From the IMG/VR virus record IMGVR_UViG_3300032327_000860, positions 1-46,198 of that record: a stretch of DNA of 46,198 nt; one strand, written 5' to 3'. The translations under genes were made by a program, and so were the position numbers. This document shows positions 1 through 7,248 of this stretch, one piece after another; position 1 is the stretch's first letter, and the number at the start of each line of letters is the position of its first letter. The stretch is from a virus (taxonomy: Duplodnaviria; Caudoviricetes). Below the pieces are notes generated by a model. It was not told where the DNA came from. It saw nothing but the letters and a program-made list of their open reading frames with translations, and searched no databases.

Positions 1-62
1 AACGAAGCCTCCACACGCGGTGTCTGAATTAGCTTCCATAGGGAAGTCACAAAACTAACACC

Positions 63-314
63 ATGAACCTGCCGCCCATCGTTATCGTTATCCTTGTCGG
101 AATCGTCGCTGGTGCTCTAGCCGGTTTGGTCATGGGCCGCGGCCTTGGATTGATCGGCAATCTGATCGTCGGCATCCTTGGCGGCTATGTTGGTAGCTGG
201 CTGCTGCCCAAGGTGGGCGTGAGTTTCGGCAGTGATCTGACTGGTAGCATCATCAGCTCAGCCATCGGTGCCCTGGTGCTGCTCTTTGTCATCGGCTTGA
301 TCCGGCCGAAGTGA
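63..314 (+). CDS. GlsB/YeaQ/YmgE family (transglycosylase-associated) small membrane protein, host gene
   Basis: 83 aa with three Gly-rich hydrophobic helices (GIVAGALAG, GNLIVGILGGYVGSWL, SAIGALVLL) typical of the family; lies outside attL. Confidence 0.85.
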   Translation: MNLPPIVIVILVGIVAGALAGLVMGRGLGLIGNLIVGILGGYVGSWLLPKVGVSFGSDLTGSIISSAIGALVLLFVIGLIRPK

Positions 315-402
315 TGGTGCGAGCACTGAGTGTAACTTTCCCAACTTGGTGCTTGATCGAATGTGAGCACTTGCCATTAATGGCGGCTCTTCAAAACATC
401 TG

Positions 403-534
<132 letters not shown>

Positions 535-589
535 ATTTGTGCTATTATTTCGCCAATTAGCACACCACTATTAGCACACAAGATCACTC

Positions 590-1651
590 ATGAAGGGACT
601 CTACACGCGCGGTGCCACTTGGTGGCTCCGCTTCACTCCGCTGCCTGGCACTCCTCAGGAACGATATTCGCTGGGCACCACGGATGAGGCCCAGGCTATT
701 GTCATCGCTCAGCAGATTATTGAGAGGGTCTCTTCTCAGGCTCGTCAACGGGCAGAAAATTGTGAAGCTGAAATCAATGCCTACCTCGCAGCCATGCGTC
801 ACGAGGGCTTGGCTAAATCGACTCTGAGTTCTCGGTCTTATGTCTTGCGCGGATTCGTGGCGGATCTGGCTGTGGTGCATCCCAAATCTATCACACCAGG
901 CATGGTGCTGCGTTGGTTCGAGCGCCGTCGCAAGGCCTATGAGCAGACGGCTGTGGCTTATTTGAATGTGGTGCGGTATTGGCTCAAGTGGCTTGTAGCT
1001 GCAAATAAGCTGCCGACGAATCCCGCTAATGCGATCAAGCTGCCTAAGCTCCGGATGCGCAGGCGGAGGTCTTTTTTACTGCCTGATCAGGCCAGGGCTC
1101 TGCTCAGCGCATGCCTGGATGACGACGATATGCGCTATGCTATTTTTTGCGCCATGCACCAGGGACTCCGCAAGCAGGAGGTCATTGAGTCAATACCCGC
1201 TTTTTTTGACCTCCAGGAAGGGCTCCTCCATATTCAGGCTACGCCTACCTTTGAGCCTAAGGATCGCGACTGTCGCACCATTCCTCTGACGACAGAGTTT
1301 CGCGCGTGGTTAACAACTCATTACGGACTTCGTACGCCATTCATGTTTCGCCCTTCGGCCAAGCATGGCGCTGCGCGTTATCGTTCCGATTTTGTTAAAT
1401 CCTTTGCTGCGATCAAAAGGCGAGCAGGGCTTAACCACATCACGTTTCACGACCTGCGGCGTACGTTTGCTTCGTTGTTGGTCTCAAGTGGGGTCAGCAT
1501 TTACAAGGTCGCAGTTTGGCTCGGCGACGACGTGGCTACGGTGCAGGACACCTACGGGCACCTTATCCCTCAGGACGTGGAGGTCAATAAATCTTGGGAG
1601 CGTAGGCCAGTCGAGATCGTCGCCGGTGAGGCACGCGCCGGACAGGACTAA
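590..1651 (+). CDS. int: Tyrosine recombinase/integrase
   Basis: Catalytic motifs GLRKQE (R), FHDLRRTFAS (H-x-x-R) and TYGHL (Y); N-terminal arm-binding-like region; adjacent to attL. Confidence 0.95.
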   Translation: MKGLYTRGATWWLRFTPLPGTPQERYSLGTTDEAQAIVIAQQIIERVSSQARQRAENCEAEINAYLAAMRHEGLAKSTLSSRSYVLRGFVADLAVVHPKSITPGMVLRWFERRRKAYEQTAVAYLNVVRYWLKWLVAANKLPTNPANAIKLPKLRMRRRRSFLLPDQARALLSACLDDDDMRYAIFCAMHQGLRKQEVIESIPAFFDLQEGLLHIQATPTFEPKDRDCRTIPLTTEFRAWLTTHYGLRTPFMFRPSAKHGAARYRSDFVKSFAAIKRRAGLNHITFHDLRRTFASLLVSSGVSIYKVAVWLGDDVATVQDTYGHLIPQDVEVNKSWERRPVEIVAGEARAGQD

Positions 1652-1740
1652 GCTACACGAGGGACGCGCTACGGCGCGTTGCCTCCACTGGGCTTATTCG
1701 AGCCGCTTGCCCACGACTTCCGAAGAATAATTCATGCCGT

Positions 1741-1780
1741 GTTATTTAATTGTTGACGTATGAAATAACGAGCCTACAAT
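1741..1780 (+). promoter_or_regulatory. Sigma70-like promoter TTGACG-N16-TACAAT overlapped by inverted repeat GTTATTT-N15-AAATAAC
   Basis: -35 at 1753-1758, -10 at 1775-1780, AT-rich island upstream of a two-gene cassette. Confidence 0.65.
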
Positions 1781-1829
1781 GTCCCATGCTCAAGAGAGCA
1801 CGAACCAAACAACTCAACTCTACACGACC

Positions 1830-2018
1830 ATGACTAACGCAAGCATCCTCGACTACAAGGCAGGCTCATTTATCGGCAACGTCACCATCGCGCCTGAAAC
1901 GATGGCACGCTACGAAGAGCAACTTAGCAGCAACGCAACGGGCGCGGTGAAAGCCTCTGACTGGCTCACCGAAGAGCAAACCGGATCGCTCGGAATCGCC
2001 GCCGATCTCACGATCTAA
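1830..2018 (+). CDS. Small hypothetical protein (moron gene 1)
   Basis: ATG 1830 chosen because ATG 1779 overlaps the -10 box; A/C-rich leader. Confidence 0.6.
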   Translation: MTNASILDYKAGSFIGNVTIAPETMARYEEQLSSNATGAVKASDWLTEEQTGSLGIAADLTI

Positions 2019-2029
2019 ATTGAGCCAAA

Positions 2030-2215
2030 ATGAGCCGCAAGAAACCAGCACTCACCAAGGCCGGGACTCCGCGCAAGCGGAAGCCCGGCGCGGGCCGTCC
2101 AAGCCTAGGCAAAATCAAGATGACCGTCCACATTCTGCCCGCGACTCGGCAGGCTCTTGGCAACAAGCCCGGCGAAGTCCTAGACGCGCACTTCGGCGGC
2201 TCGAACACACGATGA
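2030..2215 (+). CDS. Small basic DNA-binding protein (GAGRP motif plus RHH-like strand-helix)
   Basis: RKRKPGAGRPSLGKIKMTVHILPATRQAL. Confidence 0.6.
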   Translation: MSRKKPALTKAGTPRKRKPGAGRPSLGKIKMTVHILPATRQALGNKPGEVLDAHFGGSNTR

Positions 2216-2319
2216 TGCCCCATCTTACGAGCGCTTGAGGCTCTGCTCGTCCCCTGGCTTGCATCGCGCGGCGTTGCAGATCGTTGAGCGCTTCACCCCG
2301 CATTGGCACATGATGACTC

Positions 2320-2847
2320 TCATGGCAGCAGCCGAATAAATGCACGGGCCAGAGATTGCTCGCGGTCCTTGCGCCAGACGCCATCGCCGTCACGTCCGCC
2401 GCTGGGGCCGGTATTGGCCTCGATGGTGTTGACTCGGCCTTTTTTGGCGACGCTCTCGACAAGGCCGATATGGCTCATGTCGAAAATCATGATGTCACCC
2501 ATCATTGGCGCGGCGGTGTCGGGCAGGATCAGTAGGCCGCGCTTAATGGCCCATTCTTGCCATCGCCAGGCTCCGGCGTATTTGCAGCGCCATTGCTCGT
2601 AGCTGGCCAGGCTCATGCCCAGGGTGTCCCGGAGCTTGCCGTGTTGCGCGAGGAGTCGGCCCCACGTGGCTAGCCAATAGCACATCGCGGCGGCGCAGTA
2701 GGGTGCGCGCGCGGCATAGCCGTCGGGGTAGCTGGTCTCGGGCCAATAGTGGGCGAGCCATGGCGCGCGGTTGCTGGTGACTTCGGTCTTTCCGACATCG
2801 CGCGCGGCGATGTCGACGAGGGCTTGCCGGGCAATGATGGCGTCCAT
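2320..2847 (-). CDS. CHAP-domain amidase/endopeptidase, likely endolysin
   Basis: PYCAAAMCY (catalytic Cys), GDIMIF..SHIGLV (His) and TIEANT motifs. Confidence 0.85.
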   Translation of the reverse strand: MDAIIARQALVDIAARDVGKTEVTSNRAPWLAHYWPETSYPDGYAARAPYCAAAMCYWLATWGRLLAQHGKLRDTLGMSLASYEQWRCKYAGAWRWQEWAIKRGLLILPDTAAPMMGDIMIFDMSHIGLVESVAKKGRVNTIEANTGPSGGRDGDGVWRKDREQSLARAFIRLLP

Positions 2848-2862
2848 GCCACCGCGGGTCTG

Positions 2863-3060
2863 TCAATGGTGGGCAGCTAGCCAATGCAGTAGAGCTAGCG
2901 TGCTCGGTCCGTCGGGCGTGCGCTGGCCGGTGAGCCAGCCACTGAGATTCTGCGGCTTGATGCCAAGGTGATCGGCCAACGCGCGGCGGGAGCCGTTGCC
3001 TAGCTCGTCGAGTCTGGCCACGACGCTGGCGATCAGCGCGGGCATGTCGGCAGGGATCAT
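2863..3060 (-). CDS. XRE/Cro-type HTH regulator
   Basis: SRRALADHLGIKPQNLSGWLTGQRTP. Confidence 0.85.
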   Translation of the reverse strand: MIPADMPALIASVVARLDELGNGSRRALADHLGIKPQNLSGWLTGQRTPDGPSTLALLHWLAAHH

Positions 3061-3638
3061 GCGCGCCGCGTGTAGAGGGCGTGGATGGCCAGAGCCAGCG
3101 TATATTCGTCCTCTGCCGCATCGGCAGTGCCAAGGTCGATTTGCCGCTCTGTGGCGCTATCCGTAAGAGTGCCTGCATACAGCTGGATGTCTGCGACTGT
3201 GGGCTGGTCAATGAGGCTGACATAGCCACTGCGGTACCCGTGCGCACTGGCGACGGCACTGCTGGCCATGTAGGTCAGCACTGGCTGCGCGTAGCTGTAG
3301 CAGTGCTCGCCATGCACGGTTATGATGGCCTTGGCAGGATGCCGAGCAATGACGATCCAGTCGCGCGGTGGGAGCTGCACTGCCAGAGCCTCCGCCTGGA
3401 GTGCTACACTGGCCAAGCGCAGGTCACCAGGCAGCGGACGCGAGAGCATGGCCGACTCGGCCTCATTGGTCATGCGCGTCATGGACTCGCCGGACGTATG
3501 CCAGAGCCAGAGCGTGGCCCACGCATCCAGCTGCACGCGCGGGGCGTGTAGCGGCCATTGGTCGGCAGGATAGAGCAGGGCAGCCCCCAGGAGCTGATCC
3601 TGGAGGTTGCTTGCGTGGCGGTAGAGGTGCTTGGTCAC
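3057..3638 (-). CDS. Hypothetical protein (moron cargo)
   Basis: 193 aa ORF with ATGA overlap to the HTH gene. Confidence 0.6.
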   Translation of the reverse strand: MTKHLYRHASNLQDQLLGAALLYPADQWPLHAPRVQLDAWATLWLWHTSGESMTRMTNEAESAMLSRPLPGDLRLASVALQAEALAVQLPPRDWIVIARHPAKAIITVHGEHCYSYAQPVLTYMASSAVASAHGYRSGYVSLIDQPTVADIQLYAGTLTDSATERQIDLGTADAAEDEYTLALAIHALYTRRA

Positions 3639-3701
3639 TGCTGCGATGTGAGGTGCTGCCGGGCTCTCTCCGCGTTGGCTCGCAGAGGGATGATGGTTTT
3701 T

Positions 3702-4589
3702 TTATACTTCCTCCCGGCTCAGGTGCTCACCCAGCTCGTCAGGGAGATACCCATTATTCTGGCGCATGATCCAGTCTAGCGATGCCTCATCAGCATCCTC
3801 AATCTCGATCACGCAGCGGGCCTCGTCAGTATGGCATTGGGCCTTCTTATCCGTCTCGGACTTGTATTTTCCGCAGCACGCACAGACTTGCTTGGTGCTG
3901 TAGGAGGTGCCGCCGTTGCTCCACACCCCTGGGTTTTCCCTGATGCCGCCGACGATGCTGTGTGGCGACTGCCAATCATGCTCCCCGTCCTCGCTGATCT
4001 CGCACTCGGGTAGCTCGTCGCTGTATTCGCCGCTGCAATCATGGCTGTCATTGTCACTGGTGGCGTCCTCATCGATTTCGCCATCCATGCAGACATCGTC
4101 GGCATTCTCGGGATAGTCTTCCCACTCGATATAGACTGTCTCCACATCCTCATCGGTCGAGGCGTCCACAAGAGCGTCAATCCATTCCTCAATTTCCTCG
4201 TGGGTCATCCAGGTGGTGCCGTTGTCGCAGCCCTCTTTGATCAGGTGATAGGTGGCCATGCTGACGCCATCCGTCTGGCCTTCCAAATAACACTTTTTAT
4301 TGCCCGCCACGAGATATGCGGCCAATCCCATTCGCTCGACTGTGGGTATCCATCGCTGGATGCGGACGATCTCACGCACGCAGCATTGTAGGCTGATCGT
4401 CCGGTAGGTGCCTTCCTCGCTGCTCCAGTCGCCCGCCTCGATCCACTCGCGGCCCGCCTCGATGGCGTCCTCGAGTGTCTCAGCGTAAATGTCCTCGGTG
4501 CAGCCGCCGCCAGTGCGGTCGTAGATGCGATAGTTGGCCAGCTTGGTGGCCAGCTTGGTGGCGGTAGCGGTGGTAGCTTGAGTTGTCAT
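3702..4589 (-). CDS. Highly acidic hypothetical protein with Cys/His clusters
   Basis: 295 aa, D/E-rich; C..EHDW and VCACCGKY motifs; directly downstream of the duplicated promoter. Confidence 0.75.
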   Translation of the reverse strand: MTTQATTATATKLATKLANYRIYDRTGGGCTEDIYAETLEDAIEAGREWIEAGDWSSEEGTYRTISLQCCVREIVRIQRWIPTVERMGLAAYLVAGNKKCYLEGQTDGVSMATYHLIKEGCDNGTTWMTHEEIEEWIDALVDASTDEDVETVYIEWEDYPENADDVCMDGEIDEDATSDNDSHDCSGEYSDELPECEISEDGEHDWQSPHSIVGGIRENPGVWSNGGTSYSTKQVCACCGKYKSETDKKAQCHTDEARCVIEIEDADEASLDWIMRQNNGYLPDELGEHLSREEV

Positions 4590-4640
4590 ATGTTTGGTCT
4601 CAACTTTTGCGACCTGAGTCCGGTCGATTTTCTGTTTTCG

Positions 4641-4700
4641 TTCAGCGGGCGTCGTGCTCGCTTGCTGGTGTCATAATAATGCATTTGCATTACGTGGCAA
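4641..4700 (-). promoter_or_regulatory. Duplicated promoter copy 1: TTGCCA-N16-TATTAT with palindromic operator TAATGCA-TT-TGCATTA (4677-4692)
   Basis: Near-identical to 6164-6222. Confidence 0.75.
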
Positions 4701-4753
4701 GTTCTTTCTGCAAAAAAAGAAAGCCCCGCAGCGCGGCCATGTCGGCAGGCACG

Positions 4754-5278
4754 TTAGCCGTCATCTTCCTCTTGCAGCTCTTGCTCGGCAGCGCGCCAGC
4801 GCCGCCATACATCAGCGACCTCGCGCGTGCTGCTGGGGAAGTCCATCTTGGGATGCATGCTCGGATGCATCTGCCAATCTAGGCAGGCTGTCAGCGCACT
4901 GAATGTCTCATCGACCGACCAGAGCACGGCGTGCTCGGTATCGAGCAGGCCGCTAAAGTCGGCATTTGCATCGTCCACGAAGAGCCAGCGAGGCAGCGTG
5001 ATTGTCGGCTCGATCACATACATGAGCGGTACGGCGTGATCCTCGTCGCCATAGGCCTCGTAGTAGCGCCAGACTTTCGTCATGCCGTTGTTAAATTTTC
5101 CCTCGGTGGTGAGCGCCAGCGCATCGGGGGGCCAGACTTGCGGCTGGCGAATGCCTATCAATCCGCCATCAGGATTGAGGCAGTGCATCTTGACGAGTAG
5201 GCAGGGATTGCGAAGCCGGGCGATGCCCCATAGATGGTCTGGGGCATCGTAGAGAAGGGCGTGCTTGGGGATGGTCAT
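4754..5278 (-). CDS. Hypothetical protein (moron cargo)
   Basis: 174 aa, ATGA-coupled to the upstream ORF. Confidence 0.65.
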   Translation of the reverse strand: MTIPKHALLYDAPDHLWGIARLRNPCLLVKMHCLNPDGGLIGIRQPQVWPPDALALTTEGKFNNGMTKVWRYYEAYGDEDHAVPLMYVIEPTITLPRWLFVDDANADFSGLLDTEHAVLWSVDETFSALTACLDWQMHPSMHPKMDFPSSTREVADVWRRWRAAEQELQEEDDG

Positions 5279-6114
5279 GCGTGTTGGTGAAAAGTTTCGA
5301 TTTGCTTCCAGGAAAGTTTTAGCTCTGACTTGGCCTGCATGACCGCTTCCGGTGCGGGATGCACGGCACCACGGCCTTCAGCGTTCCATCTCCGGCTGTA
5401 GTGGTAGATGATCGCTGTGGCATCGGTGCTAGCGCTGCCCATCGTCGCCGTCGCGTAGCGTGGCAGCGCTAGCGTGGCCATGCGTGTGATGCAGGCCTGG
5501 GCGATCTGCGCTATCAGCGCGGGTGCTGCTGCCGCCTTGGCAGCTTCGGCAGCGCGGGCCCTACGGGTGGCTGCTGCTTTCTGCGCGGCTGCTTTTCGCT
5601 TGCGGCTGGCCAGTTCCGCCTTGGTCACGACGGTCATGGTGACATTCTTGGTCATCTTCCGGCCATAGCCGGTGATGGTCACGGAGGCACCGCTGACAGT
5701 GCACCGCGCTTCTTTGATGCTGACCGAATGGGAGCGCCAGGCGAGCTTGCCGAAGCGATTGATGGCCACCCGCTCCCACTCGGTCACGACCACATCTGCC
5801 ACGATCCAATCCGTGCCGCTGGCGCGTGCTGCTTTCCGCTCAGCTTTGTAGGCTGCGAGGCTGGCCTTGCCCTCGTCGCTGCTCAGCCACTCCAGGCAGG
5901 TGTCGAGATCAAAGAATTTCACCCGGCTAGCATACTTGCCTACGTGATGCCACTCCCCTGTGGAGGGTGCATTCTGCGTAACAAAGGCTGCCGTCGTGCC
6001 TTGGCCGATAGCCTTGGCGATGTGGCTGGCTGGCATGCGGCCCGAATCCATAGCGGCTTCGGCATTGACGGAACGGCCACGACCGTGGCGGAGGTAGGTT
6101 GCTGTAGTGCTCAT
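5275..6114 (-). CDS. Basic hypothetical protein (moron cargo)
   Basis: 279 aa, EWHHVGKY motif, K/A-rich segment; first gene after promoter copy 2. Confidence 0.7.
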   Translation of the reverse strand: MSTTATYLRHGRGRSVNAEAAMDSGRMPASHIAKAIGQGTTAAFVTQNAPSTGEWHHVGKYASRVKFFDLDTCLEWLSSDEGKASLAAYKAERKAARASGTDWIVADVVVTEWERVAINRFGKLAWRSHSVSIKEARCTVSGASVTITGYGRKMTKNVTMTVVTKAELASRKRKAAAQKAAATRRARAAEAAKAAAAPALIAQIAQACITRMATLALPRYATATMGSASTDATAIIYHYSRRWNAEGRGAVHPAPEAVMQAKSELKLSWKQIETFHQHA

Positions 6115-6163
6115 GTTTGTTCCGCGTGTTTAGCGAGCTGCGTCTGCTCGTTTTTTGTTTTCT

Positions 6164-6222
6164 TTCAGCGGGCACCTGCTCGCTTGCTGGGGTGATAATA
6201 ATGCATTTGCATTAGCTGGCAA
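6164..6222 (-). promoter_or_regulatory. Duplicated promoter copy 2: TTGCCA-N16-TATTAT with the same palindromic operator (6199-6214)
   Basis: Near-identical to 4641-4700. Confidence 0.75.
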
Positions 6223-6232
6223 GCGCCAAATG

Positions 6233-6270
6233 AAAAAAAAGCCGCAGCCAAGATTTGCTTGGCTGCGGCT
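6233..6270 (-). terminator. Rho-independent terminator ending the tail/holin operon
   Basis: GCCGCAGCCAAG/CTTGGCTGCGGC 12-bp stem followed by T8 on the minus strand. Confidence 0.85.
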
Positions 6271-6301
6271 AGCTAGTGGGAGGGCGCAGATTATGGGGCA
6301 G

Positions 6302-6667
6302 CTAGCGGACGCCTGCGGCCTCGCTGCTGACGTTGTTGTCGCGAGCGGCCATGCCGAGGACGATGCCACCTAGGCCGGTGAAGGTGCCACTCAGCCAATG
6401 CCAAGCAGCGGGTAGGAGGGAGGGGACGGCTTGACCGGCTGCAATTAACAAGCCGCCTACAGTTGTCTTCCAGGAGGATTTTTTCATGGTGCGAATGATG
6501 CGTGTGGTGCGATACAGCAGAGTCACCTTGTCAATGATCGACGGCTTGCGGATTGGCTCTGGTGGCTGCATCGGCTGCCCTAGCTCATGCGCACGGCGTA
6601 GCTCGTCGCAGCGTTTTATTTGCTGCTTGCGCAGCATCTCTTCGAGTGCCGGGTTGCCGGTTTTCAT
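6302..6667 (-). CDS. Putative holin (alternative start at 6487, MKKSSWKTT)
   Basis: SWKTTVGG followed by two TM helices and a charged tail; lysis-module position. Confidence 0.6.
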   Translation of the reverse strand: MKTGNPALEEMLRKQQIKRCDELRRAHELGQPMQPPEPIRKPSIIDKVTLLYRTTRIIRTMKKSSWKTTVGGLLIAAGQAVPSLLPAAWHWLSGTFTGLGGIVLGMAARDNNVSSEAAGVR

Positions 6668-6939
6668 TGAGGGTCCAGTAGACTGTGATCGCCTGCGCTG
6701 TAGTCATCATGCTGCGCGCGCTGCCCAGCAAACGGGCAGTCATCGACCGGGCATTTGTCCACGGCGATGAGCTGGCCTGCGGCATAGCCGTGGTCACGCT
6801 CCAGCTTTTCGATGCGCTTGCGCAACCAACGACGATCTACTTTGCACTCCTGGGCCTCTTTCCAGAGGAGTCCAAAGAGGCAGACGAGGCCACTCGTGAC
6901 GGTGGTAACTGCGGTTATAAGACCTTGCTCAAATGTCAT
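6664..6939 (-). CDS. Single-TM plus coiled-coil protein (holin/antiholin/spanin-like)
   Basis: N-terminal hydrophobic helix then charged heptads; start ATG 6939. Confidence 0.55.
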   Translation of the reverse strand: MTFEQGLITAVTTVTSGLVCLFGLLWKEAQECKVDRRWLRKRIEKLERDHGYAAGQLIAVDKCPVDDCPFAGQRAQHDDYSAGDHSLLDPQ

Positions 6940-6968
6940 GCAGTGGTTGTCTGGTAGTTGATTGATAG

Positions 6969-7244
6969 TCACTTTTTCAGGGCCTCGGTGCCCACGTCCT
7001 TGATTGCCTCCACGCATTGCCCAGCCAGGCTGAATATTGCCGCCATGCGTAGGTGCTGCGCTAGTTGCTTGCCTGCCTCCTCGCTTGTGCCGCTCATTCG
7101 AACGTTGCCTGCGGGATCAACGGTGAGTGTGCCTGCGCTGATGAGATTGTTGTTGACGATGCGGCTGCCATCTGCGCGCGTGATGACTTGCGTCGAGCAG
7201 GACGCTAGAGCGACGAGGACGATCAGGGAGGAGAGTGCTTTCAC
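6969..7244 (-). CDS. Lipoprotein (possible spanin component)
   Basis: MKALSSLIVLVALASC lipobox. Confidence 0.7.
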   Translation of the reverse strand: MKALSSLIVLVALASCSTQVITRADGSRIVNNNLISAGTLTVDPAGNVRMSGTSEEAGKQLAQHLRMAAIFSLAGQCVEAIKDVGTEALKK

Positions 7245-7248
7245 GATT

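Noticed and set aside
4535-4580. Short tandem repeat (ATKL twice) and ETKA repeats at about 21715-21760
   Set aside because: Simple in-frame low-complexity duplications with no sign of phase variation
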